64,000 nucleotides of DNA from Octopus sinensis (Eukaryota). Shown here piece by piece: positions 35,542 through 47,896 of the stretch (position 1 is its first letter; the number at the start of each line of letters is the position of its first letter). The notes beneath the pieces are model-generated. The model did no database searches, had not been told where the DNA came from, and saw only the letters and a list, made by a program, of their open reading frames with translations. Both the position numbers and the translations under genes were made by a program. Location: NCBI RefSeq assembly GCF_006345805.1, contig NC_043007.1, forward strand, positions 63,736,001-63,800,000, in the 5' to 3' direction.

Positions 35542-36366
35542 CTATTAAACACACAGTTACAGATGTAGAGACAGGGAATGGTTTTTTTTTTCTGCCTGTT
35601 CATTATATGAATTACATTAACATGACCAGTGCTATTATGAGATCTCAGTTAAGGAATTAACTACAGGAAATATGTAACAGATTCCATGCTTTAGTCCTGT
35701 CATGTACTGTAACAGTCCCCTAAATAGTTATTAAAAAAAAATTGTGCATCCTGACTGAATAAGTACCAGGCTTAAAAATAAAATCAAGTTATGGACTTGA
35801 TTTATTCAATTAAATTCATCAAGGTGGTGCCTCAGCATGACTGCAGTTTAATGATAGAAACAAGCAGAAGATTAAAGCATAAAAGATAACAGTCAAACAC
35901 TTTAGTTGAAGGAAAATGAGACAAGTTTCTATTTGGTCCAACTGACATAAGTAAATTGAAAACATTTTTCTTCTTCAGCATTTATTTCTTTGAAAACACC
36001 CAACTAATATGAAAAGATACTGGATTCAACATAATTTGGCTGATGATAGATTAAACTTGTAATTTGGGGAAATGTTTTCACTGTGTCTGTAGACAGCAGC
36101 ATTGGAAATATTGGGCAACCTTTATACTTCTAGAAACATAAACTAAAACTTTAAAAATATTATCTTGCAGTGTAAGATGACTATCTCACAGTGAATAAAA
36201 GTAGTTTTGTAATTGAATCATGTTGTTGAAATCTTCAATTATAAAAGATTTTTGAAAACCATGTTTTGAGAAAATATATATATTAAAACTGAAATTTATA
36301 AAAAATTTCTTGACAGTGTAGACTTTAATAATAGCTTTCTTTTAGTAAAAGTTACATACTCCAAAC

Positions 36367-36419
<53 letters not shown>

Positions 36420-36494
36420 CATACATACACACACATGCACGCGTGCACACACACACACATACACACAATCATAATAATAATAATAATAATAATA

Positions 36495-36870
36495 AGGGAG
36501 AAAATGTAATGATTCTTTGGGTCTTTCCAGTACACAGACAGAACTATCAAAGCTAATAAACTGGATATTGTTGTAAAAGACCAAAATAATAAAGTTTGTT
36601 CATTGACCGACATGAGTATCCCTTGTGATCATAATATTTCTGCAAAAAAATTTGACAAGCTCAGAAAATAGAAAGATCTTCTCATTGAAAATAAAAAATC
36701 TGGCATCTAAAGGCAATTACAACACCAGTAATTGTAGTAGCTCTAGGAATGATCAAAAAAGGAACTGAAAATTATTTAAGAATGATCACTAGTTTACCAT
36801 CCCTGCAAGAAATGCAAAGGTTGTTTTTGCTGGTACATCATACATATTGAGAAGAGTATTGTCACTGTGA
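36495..36870 (+). mobile_element. R4/Dong-like LINE 3' fragment (restriction-like endonuclease)
   Basis: ILWVFPVHTDRTIKANKLDIVVKD...DMSIPCDHNISAK...TTPVIVVALGMIKKG...SYILRRVLSL*; preceded by (TAA)n. Confidence 0.8.
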
Positions 36871-38403
36871 GAACGATTATCTTCTGTTATGAATAACTTC
36901 CTAGATTCTTAGCCAAGATTCAAAACCTAGCCTAGATTTTTCTCCAAGATTATAAGAGCACACTTAGAAATTTATGAGAGTCAACTGTCACATACAGATC
37001 AGTTCTATTCTTTAACTGACCATTTCAAGTCAAATTTAGGTCAGGGCTGATAAGAGGCAGAAAATTCCTTGTTTAGCCTGACCTAATTTAGTTAGAATAA
37101 ATATAAATATAGAACCCAAATTCGATTTTATCCTTTTCTCTTGGCCCCTGGCCAAAAGGTGTACTTCACGTATGGCTTGTCATTGCCCGACTACACAACT
37201 TTCATCCTCTCTACTGGTCAAAACAGATAGGTAGGTGCTCTTTTGGCATTTGATCTACAAGGGAGATTACTTTAGGTTACTTTTTTTAATTATTTTGTAC
37301 ATAGCATTGTAAATGTATTTTTACAAAATTCTTACTATTTTAATTATAAGAAAACCATATAATAATCAAAATAAGCGCGTAATCACTCACCAAAATAAAA
37401 TTGCTCACGTAGATCACATGGAAAGTAGCACTAACACAAAATAAATTTAAAAGTAATCGACAGTAATTTCCCTTGAAGATAATACGCTAAAAGAGCACCG
37501 ATTGGTAGATCCTTTAACTCTTTCTGTCTCATTCTATCCGTTTTCCTAGCAGTCAACAAAAGATGAACTTAACTACCTACAGAATGGATAACAAAACGGC
37601 AAATAGCCTATGTATAACAACAACTCGAAGAAGCTGTATCTTACATTGTAACGAACAAATAAAGGCTGTATCAATTACTAATATTTTTCTTCCTCTCATT
37701 TATTGGGTACATATAAATCGTTACAGATTCCATGAAATGATTTTTTTTTACGTAACTTTGATTTTGTAAATGAACAATGTGGTGTGTTTATTTTAATTGC
37801 TTATTTACATATATGAGTTCCTTTTCCCTAGGTATCGAATATAATAGTGGTGGTGGGCAAGTTGAAAATATGTGGTCTATAATTGATGTTGCCTACCCTA
37901 TTGACGCACAAATAGTCAAGGAATTATTTTTCTTTTTTCTTGGGAGCTATAAAAAGAAAACATTTTTTTAATAGTGTATTAATAAAAATCCAGGCTTTTA
38001 AAGGATTTTAGACATTCTTCTCGAACGCAAATTTTGACACCTGAATCCAGATGTCCTAGAAAATACGAATATATGACAATCCAAGTGAAAAGAAAATAAT
38101 CTAATGCTTCGAGACCTAGCCCTTCGGTTAAAGAGACAGTTGTGTTGGGCTGCTTTCGCCACAAACTATCACAAGTTTCCTCAGAGTGACCTCCCCTATA
38201 CTGTTTAGCTCGGCTTTCCCATTTAACATAATTCATAGATTCTGTGTCAAATGGAGATAATTTTTATCTGGATTTGTTATATCATACAATCAGTTTGTAG
38301 GTGGTTCGTATCCAATCAACGATTCCATCTCTCGATCTGTGGCCCAGGAGTGGTAGCTGTTAATAATATACCTTCCAGGCTATACTAAATAATAATAGCT
38401 CAC

Positions 38404-38445
38404 CGTCTTATAGCTGGCAAGCTTCGTAAAGGGAGATAAAGCAAT
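38404..38445 (-). other. Putative non-coding first exon of the unidentified minus-strand gene
   Basis: Donor ACG/gtgagc at 38398-38403 next to the CpG-enriched promoter patch; 5' end is a guess. Confidence 0.4.
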
Positions 38446-38459
38446 AAGCTTCCGGTGTT

Positions 38460-38503
38460 ATTGAGAGTCGCGACCGAATATGAACTTGAGCTAACACGAG
38501 AAG
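38460..38503 (+). other. MRPL14: Putative non-coding exon 1 of MRPL14
   Basis: Strong donor GAAG/gtatgt at 38504; next good acceptor with a Kozak-like ATG is at 43935. Start is approximate. Confidence 0.5.
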
Positions 38504-39227
38504 GTATGTTGCATACTTACTTTTGTTTCCCCCTTTTTAAGCTAGGTATTTCCATGATTGTTGTTGCTCTTAACATTTTTTTAAAATTGCTGGGTGATCC
38601 TAGAATATATGAGTTCACTGAAGCTTGTATCATTTCGTTTGGTGGCTAAACAACAGTTAATATTTATTCGGAAAGGGACTGAAACAAAATGTTTAAGAAA
38701 CACTTTCAAAAGAGTACCCTGTGATGCTACAACAAAAAGAACCGTATTCGTCGTGTTTCTGTTAATCTTCTTTGTTGGATATTTATATTTGTTGAGCCAT
38801 ACAGGTTCATTTTTGTTCCTTGTGTAGATTTTACCTTTGTCTCTGAACAAAAAGCGAAATACCAGTAATAGCAATAATGGTAAGGCGGCATAACGACAGA
38901 TCTGTACCCCCATCGACTTTGTTGCCTCATAACTTCCTGAAAAATTGATACTTTTAAAAAAAACTTTTCAACAAATAACGCTGTGGATTCAGAGTATATA
39001 GGTATTTATGGAAAAGAATTTGACAAGACTTCCTTTTATACCCCCCAATTTTTTTAATTTAATTTTTTTTTCTACACAAACGGGAGTTTGTGTAGAATAC
39101 GAATCTGCAAAAGATTGGCAACAGTCGGCATTTTGAAATTACCCTCCCACCCACCTAAATTCTTCCCTTTAAACTTTTTTCAGAATTTTTTTTTTCAACA
39201 TATGCGGAAAAATACGGAGATTATGAT

Positions 39228-39628
39228 TACTCTCTTTTACTTGTTTCAGTCATTTGACTGTGGCCATGCTGGAGCACCACCTTTAGTCGAGCAAATCAAC
39301 CCCAGGACTTGTTCTTTGTAAGCCTAGTACTTATCCTATCGATTTCTTTTGCCGAACGCTAAGTTACGGGAACGTAAACACACCAGCATCGGTTGTCAAG
39401 CGATGTTGGGGGGTGGGGGATACAGACACAAAAACATATACACACACACTTACATATATATACATACATACGACGGGCTTCTTTCAGTTTCCGTCTACCA
39501 AATCCACTCACAAGGCTTTAGTCGGCCTGAGGCTATAGTAGAAGACACTTGCCCAAGGTGCCACCTAGTAGGACTGAACCCGGAACCATGTGGTTGGTAA
39601 CCAAGCTACATACTACACAGCCACTCCT
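39228..39628 (-). mobile_element. tRNA-derived SINE, family A, nested in an unclassified repeat (~38930-39900) with degenerate GGGTTA units
   Basis: Near-identical to 33301-33698; flanks share gagattatgatt (39217-39228 and ~39695-39706). Confidence 0.8.
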
Positions 39629-40545
39629 GAAAAAATTTTCCAAAAATATTTTTTTTCACAAATTTTTTTTTTGTCAAGATATGTAGAAAAATATAGAGAT
39701 TATGATTCTGAAAAAATTTACAAAAATTTTACTGGTTAGGGTTTTAGGGTTACATTTGGGGTTATAGGGTTAGGATTACGGAAAAAGTGAAAAATGAAGA
39801 AATGGGGGGGGGGGGCAAAATGTTCAAGATTCTGATTTTTGACAATTTTCTGGAATCTCCGTCTCTGAAAAAGACCCAAGACTACTGGCAGTATGCTGTA
39901 CTTTAGAAGATATATCAAGTTAAGTAAAATTGTGACTGTCCATACATACAAGCATGTCCTCTACATCCCTCTCTCAGCAGAGAGTTCCTTATCTTGTGAG
40001 CTTGTGTGTGCTGGTGCCATGTAAATGCATCCATGCTGGTGTCATGTAAAAGTGCCCATGTGACTGCCATGTAAAAGCATCCATGCTGGAACTACATAAA
40101 AGTGCCTTGGTCAGTCCCACATAAAAGCACCCATGCTGGTGCTTTGAGCTGTCAACTCACTTTGCTCTTTATTCTAAATATACACAGCCTTCTAGTCTTA
40201 GATTTTAGTTGATGATAAGGAGATAGATAAATTGGAAATGAATTAAAACCCTATGACCCCCCCCCCTGCCCCCACTGTGTTCCATGCCACTCTAAAAATA
40301 GTAGTCTGTTCTCTTAGCTATTCTTGCTACAATAGTGACAACATGAAATTCTTCTATCCTCTTGCTCTGTTAAAATATTTAAGGAAAATTATATTCATAT
40401 ATCTTGTCTGTTGAAAATCCATATTTGTGCAGCTGAAGATAGCGCTGTATTTAAATTGATGTAATGATTGCATTGTTCAATTAGATGGAACCACTTGAAA
40501 CAGTTGTCCTGTATTACCACTTGCAATCCTATTATTTCGATTTTA

Positions 40546-41667
<1,122 letters not shown>

Positions 41668-41732
41668 CCAAAGTAAATGTAAAGCAAGGTGGGGGAAAAA
41701 TAGTACTTGAATACCAGAGGTAGAGTAATATG

Positions 41733-41925
41733 TTTTATTATTATTAAAGCTGCAAAAACATCACAAAATTATTACATAAAAAGCTGCAACTTAGAGTTTT
41801 ATGTTCCCGTTTGATGGACAGTTTAGATTGAAAATAGATCTCAATCTAAACTGCCTGATGAAGGGGAATGTGAAACTCTGAATAGCAGTTTTTTGTGATA
41901 TTTTTGCAGCTTTAATAATAATAAA
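41733..41925. repeat. Inverted repeat (arms 41733-41831 and 41841-41925) containing a degenerate minimal hammerhead motif
   Basis: Right arm CTGC-CTGATGA-aggggaatgt-GAAAC-tctg-aata-GCAG; left arm is a diverged reverse complement. Confidence 0.7.
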
Positions 41926-41949
41926 GTATATATATATATATATATATAT

Positions 41950-42545
41950 ATAGTTGAAATTTACAGAAAAACAAAGACAGGTGTATTAGTTTGACACTCG
42001 GGAAGGTGAGAAAGCCTTTTATGTTTTGAGCCTATACTCTTCAACAGAAAGGAACACAAGAAAATTAACAGAGATAGAATAAAAAAAAATTGGTGACTGG
42101 TTAGAAAAAGGTAGTTGGACAGGAGAGCTAGGAAGAAGTGGAGATGATAAAGTACTGGTGATCCTAAAACAATGGTGTGTGTGAGGGTGTGTAAGTGTGT
42201 GCATGTGGATAGGGGCTGGTGACTTTGTGTGGATGTGTGCATCTGTAATGTGTGGGTGCTGCGAAGTGGTCACTTCTAGTGTGTGCGGAGTTGTGCAGGG
42301 TGTGGGTGGGGTGGAGGTACGTGAGAGTGGGATGTTTGGGGGTGTGGTGTGGATGGAGGGGGTATCAACGAAGGGAGAAGGTAGGTAGGAGTGAAGAGAG
42401 GAAGTAGGTGTCAGGGCAAGAAAGGAGAGGAGAGGTGGATAGGAACGAAGAGAGGAAGTAGGTGTCAGATGAAGAGGGGAGTTGAGCCCAGGTGGAACAA
42501 GGGAGCAAAGAGAGAAGATTAATTCCTGTTCATATAGGCAATACA
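41950..42545 (-). mobile_element. Penelope-like element 3' fragment with a terminal hammerhead-like motif
   Basis: EQELIFSLCSLVPPGLNS resembles the PLE GIY-YIG C-terminal EQ.LIF.LGTL.P.G.N motif; pyrimidine-rich 3' region; CCTTT-CTGTTGA-agagtataggctc-AAAAC-ata-AAAGG at 42015-42052. Confidence 0.65.
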
Positions 42546-43130
42546 TCAATGCTTACAACTGATTTCATGGGTGTGAAATTGATACATGACATCATCGTTT
42601 TCGACTGCAGCCTGCAGCAAATAGATGGAGACTATGAAGAGTTGGGTTTTCTGATTACTTTGAGGAAATTCAGGAAGGTTGGTTTGATGACACTGACTGA
42701 TTTAAACTTTATCAATGACAAAACTTTGCTGTCAAATAAAATCATAGATGATCAAGCCCTTTTGTGAAGGGTAGGGTATGAATACAAGTTAGTCAATCTG
42801 GAGTTAAATTTCAGAAAGATGGAATACATAGTCCACAATACAGCTGACCACGAATCACTGAAGGCTGTTGAAGATTCCTTGCTCAAGCAAGTTTCTGGCA
42901 TCAAGTACTTAAGATCATTCTTGGCAGACTTGGAGTGGGATATCAAGAATATTGAAGTGCGTAGAGACTTTTTTTTAGGAAAACACTCATGGATATGAAT
43001 AATATTTAAATCTTCAATTCTCCAGATAACTCAAAAAGAATCTTCATAGTAGCAATCAAGACAACCCTACTATGTGGATATGAAACTTGGACCATCACTA
43101 AATTCATGGTCAAGTTCCTTGATAGCTGGG
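42500..43130 (+). mobile_element. Old degenerate RTE-type LINE RT fragment
   Basis: LTDLNFINDKTLLS (cf. DLDFADDIALLS), KQVSGIKYLRS, TLLCGYETWTIT. Confidence 0.65.
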
Positions 43131-43954
43131 CTTTGACAGAAAGAGATCACCTGATATAACTGGTCCTTTATATGCACTGTCTGCCACTCCAAGTGTTAAC
43201 ATTAACCACTATAACCAAACCTTGCCCAAGAGTTTTCCTTTTCACCCACATTTTTCCTGCAGGTAATTGATTTGTAGACATTCAAGCTAAATATCAGCTG
43301 TATCAATCTCATCAACCTCAAAAGGCCTGCTGAGGTCATTTTTTACTACTATTTCCTCTTTACCAAACCATGAAAAGAGTGTTAATATCAGGAATGTGGC
43401 ACTAGTCTATCCTAAGACTTTGTCATTGTTGATGTGAAAATACTAACAATAATATAGTCAAAATATAATACCTGCATTTTGTTTTTTCTAATATTTGCTA
43501 GAATGAGCAATATTTGCTTATGAATTATTGAAGTAATTTTTTTTTAGGATGGAGTAGGTTTTGTTTCATTTCATTAGGGAAAGATTATTTTTTAGGTGAG
43601 TGAGTATCAATTAAATTTATAAGTAGAATAAATATGCTGAGAAAAATGTGTTGATCACTAACTTTTTTTTTCTGGCAGTATGAAAGACAACTCCTTTCAT
43701 GTTTCTATATTTTTTTCTTTGAACGTAATCAATAGAAGTAGCTTGCCATAACAGTTTGGTAAATATACAGAAATATATATTTAGTAGAATAGAAAATTTG
43801 AATGATTTTAGATAGGTTGACTGGCATCATACAATAGCTGTAAGGAATTTGATTCAGTGATATTGCAGTCTAGGACCTTGACATTTTTATTGTCTAATTA
43901 AATATGAATTATACTTTTTTTTGTATTTTTGCAGTTGTAACCCTTCCAATCAAG

Positions 43955-46685
43955 ATGTTTGGAAATATTTTGCGGAACAGTATTCCATGTATTTCAAATA
44001 TCACTTCTACTGGCTTTTCTCGGACATTTTGGTAAATATCTCAAATTTGATTTGTCATTTTTGGGTGGTGAAGAGAAATGAAAGTGCTTGAGTGGTGCCA
44101 TCAAATGCAAAATAACGATAAATCTTCCCATGGATAGGCTGCCAGTCTATTGCATAGAATGTGTCTAAATGTTCTTTTTATATATTCCTATCAACTAAGT
44201 GAACAGGTGCAGTAAAGAATGAAATGTTCTGCATATAAATAATGAAATACCATCAGTTGATATAATATGACTCAATTCCTCTGCTATTCAGCCTCTCTCT
44301 CATAGTTTTCTAGAATTCAAGACTTGATACTGGCCAAACATAATTAGTGCTGGTGTATCTTATGCTCTAATACTTCATGATTAATGACTGAACTATTCAT
44401 TTTATGAACTGGCCAAACACAATTTGTCTTATACTGTGTTTCTTTATTATTTTATCAATGACTGGCATAGCAGCACCATAGTCAACTACTACAAAGGTAC
44501 TACAAAGGTAAAGGTGATGCCTTAGAAATAATTAGAAATTGCTGGATCAGGTGATGAAAGTTACAGAGGGAGTCATAGCCCAACTAATTAGATGAGATGC
44601 AGTTTGGTTTTGTGCCAGGAAGAAGCACCACTGATGCTATATTTCTGGTGAGACAGCTGCAGGAGAAATACATAGCCAAAGATAAACCCCTGTACTTGGC
44701 CTTTGTTGTCTTGGAAAAAGCCTTTGACAGGGTCCCCCGATCCCTTATCTGGTGGTCAGTGCGGAAACTAGGGATAGACGAGTGGTTGGTGAGAGCTGTA
44801 CAAGTTATGTACAGGGATGCTAATAGTAAGGTGAGGGTTGGCAATGGGTACAGCAAAGAATTCAGGGTACTAGTAGGGGTTCACCAAGGATCGGTGCTCA
44901 GCCCCCTCTTGTTCATCATAGTCCTCCAGGCAATAACAGAGGAATTCAAGACAGGTTGCCCCTGAGAGCTCCTCTATGCTTATGACCTTGCTCTTATAGC
45001 TGAATCACTACCTGAACTAGAGAAGTTCCAGGTATGGATGCAAGGTCTGAAATCAAAGGGCCTTAGAGTTTACCTAACAAAAATCAAAGTCTTAATAAGT
45101 AGGAAGGCAGACAAATCACAAGTTCCTTTAGATAGACAGCCCTGCTCAATCTGTAGAAAAGGTGTAGGTAGAAACTCCATAAGATGCACCTAGTGTAAGC
45201 TTAGGACATACAAAAGGTACAGCAACATCAGAGGAAGGTTAACAGGGAAACCAGCCTTTGTATGTTGAAGATGCACAGGTACAATAAACACTGAAAATGT
45301 GCAGAAAATAGACTCCATCAACGGCCAGGGGAACAAGCTAGAGATAGTAGATAGCTTCCATTATCTAGGTGACCAAGTTAGTAGTGGAGGTGGATGCTCT
45401 ATGAGTGTAGCTGTGAGAATGAGATTAGGATGGGCAAAGTTCAGAGTACTCCTACCCCTACTGGCAACAAAGGACCCCACTCAGAGTGAAAGGCAGATTG
45501 TTTGGTATCTGTGTGTGAACAGCTATGCTGCATGGCAGTGAAACATGAGCTGTGACAGCCGAGGACATGCATAGAGTTGAAAGAAATGAAGCCAGCATGC
45601 TTTGCTGGATGTGCAATGTCAGTGTGCATGCTTGACAGAGTGTAACCATCTTGAGAGAAAAGTTAGGCATAAGAGGTATCAGATGTGATGTGCAAGAGAG
45701 ACGACTGTGTTGGTATTGTCATGATGTGTATGGATGAGGACAGGTGTGTAAAGAAGTGCTGATCTCTAACTGTGGAGGGAACCTATAGTAGAGGTAGACA
45801 CAGGAAAACATGGAACACGGTGGTGAAGCATGATCTTTGAACTTTGAGCTTCACAGAGGGAACGACTAGTTACCAAGACCTTTGGTGATGTGCTGTGCTT
45901 GAGGGGACCTGTCAAGCCAAGTACACCTGTGCTGGTGGTGTGTAAAGAACACCTTTTGAGCATTGGGTCTCATGTAGGCAAAATGGCTGAGTTCCTTTCA
46001 AGCGTTGGGCCTCACGGAAGCAAAGTGGCTGAATTCCTTTTCGAGCGTTGGGCCTCACAGAGGCAATGATCGAGACCTTTGGCATTATGTCGTGATTGAG
46101 AAGACCCATCAAGCCGAGCAAAATCGCAGTCATGGCAGATACTGGTGTCACGCAAATTGATGCCTGTGTCAGTGGCACGTTAAAGCATCCGAAATATTAA
46201 ATGATGATGATGATGGTTCTAAAATCAATTTGAATTTTTACAAATAGTTTTCTGAACCCTTTTCCATGTTTTTAGAAATCTATGCCAACTCCTTGTTATA
46301 ATTCAACAATATCTGGTAATGCATATTCTAAATGTACACCTTTTTCCTGCAACACCTGTCACTCATTTCTCATTTTTCTTATCCTCCTTCATCATTATTG
46401 TTTCAATGTCTACTTTTCAATGCTTGTATGGATCAGATGGAGTTTGTTGACATTGGATTTTCTACTGCCAACCCTCACTTGTTTTTCAAACAAGGTAATA
46501 TTTTTCTATGGTTGGGCATTTTTACAGATTAGAAATGGACATCATCTTTGTGACAGGGATGCTCACTTTCAACTAATACATAACATCAAAACAGACTCCT
46601 ACTCAAATATATGTTTCAGATTAAATAAATTGAAAATCCATCATATATGTGTGTGTCTCAGATTATATATATAAATTGAAAATTT

Positions 46686-46721
<36 letters not shown>

Positions 46722-47896
46722 GTTTTCAGTTTCTGTCTATTGAATCTACTCACAAGGCTTTGTTTGGCCTAGAGCTATAGTAGAAGACACTTGCTTAAGG
46801 TGCTATGCAGTATGACTGAACCTGAAACCATATGGTCGGGAAGTGAACTTATTAACTACACAGCTATGCCTCCATTTGTAAATATTGTCTGGTAACATTA
46901 ATTCAAGGATTGGGATAACAGCACTTGCCTGATTTTTTTTTCATGTCAAGATGTTTTTATTTCATTCACCTATCTCAATTGTCATACCTCACCAGAGGTT
47001 CAACACTCCATTATTTATTGCAATAAACATATTTCTTATATTAACTTTACGCTTTGATACTGAGCAAATTAAGTGTAACTTGATCTTTGTTTATTTTAAA
47101 TCCATTTTTACCTTGCTAATTATGAGCTGGATGAATACTTATCAAGGCATTTATAGCCATGCACCTTTCTTGTTGCTAACTGTTTCCTGTCTTTTAGGCA
47201 AGGGATTTTTTAGTCAGAAAATAGTGTTTAATGTATGAAGATCAGGTTAATAATCCAATAAATTATAAATGCATTAATAACTATTCTCAAAAGCTTAAGG
47301 TATTTAAATAAAATATCAAGCATTCAGCTGGAAATATTTTATTCATGATAGAGATTGTACAGTGGCCACACTTATAACCCCTACAGCATATCTGTACTGT
47401 TTGACTGTGTGCCACGTATATACTCTTGGGTACATAATATAAAGTATAACAAAACAAATGTGAAATGAAATTTTAATGATTATGATTTTGAAAAGATTTT
47501 GGTTATGTTAATCTCTTTTGCAGCACAACACAAAGTCTTTGTGAAATTCGCAAGCTTGCAAGAATGCGTGTTGTCGACAATAGTGCAATTGGCAGAGCTG
47601 CAGCTGCTGCAGGTCGCCCAGCACGTGTGATCCAAGTCTACAACCAAAAGCAAGTTGGAATGATAGGTGACAAAATACTGGTTGCCATAAAGGGACAAAA
47701 AAAGAAGGCATACATTGTTGGACTGAAGCAAAAGCAAAAGCCTCTGATGCCTAGGTTTGACACAAACAACATAGTTCTTGTTGAGGACAACAACAGCCCC
47801 ACAGGTACCCGGATCCGTGTTCCAATTCCCTCACAGCTAAGAGGCCAAGGAAAGGAATTTACAAAAATTCTTGCAATAGCATCAAAATTTGTGTAG
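43955..47896 (+). CDS. MRPL14: Mitochondrial ribosomal protein L14 (uL14m); CDS exons 43955-44031 and 47524-47896; 149 aa
   Basis: Acceptor tttttgcag (43934), ATG 43955, donor gtaaat 44032, acceptor ctcttttgcag 47523. Spliced protein MFGNILRNSIPCISNITSTGFSRTFCTTQSLCEIRKLARMRVVDNS...GDKILVAIKG...RFDTNNIVLVEDNNSPTGTRIRVPIP...ILAIASKFV*, with typical L14 motifs and an Arg/Ser/Thr-rich, acid-free presequence. ATTAAA at 47937-47942 followed by a U/GU-rich tract. Confidence 0.96.
44520..46216 (+). mobile_element. 5'-truncated RTE LINE (RT domain to 3' tail) in MRPL14 intron 2
   Basis: MQFGFVPGRSTTDAIFLVRQLQEKY..DLEKAFDRVPR..GVHQGSVLSPLLF, ELLYA(Y)DL, DSFHYLGD; in-frame stops; (GAT)n tail. Confidence 0.92.

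Larger units (their letters stand above)
38404..38505. promoter_or_regulatory. Putative compact bidirectional promoter (unidentified gene / MRPL14)
   Basis: ETS-type CTTCCGGT at 38449-38456 and palindrome GTCGCGAC at 38467-38474, between divergent splice donors at 38403 (minus) and 38504 (plus). CpG is locally higher than in the flanks (by eye). Confidence 0.55.

Noticed and set aside
37979-38236. 85-aa ORF as first coding exon of the minus-strand gene
   Set aside because: No convincing donor in frame and no recognisable motif; it lies downstream of the better donor at 38403, so it is probably intronic.
39735-39777. Interstitial telomere remnant
   Set aside because: Only a few degenerate GGGTTA units inside an apparent dispersed repeat.
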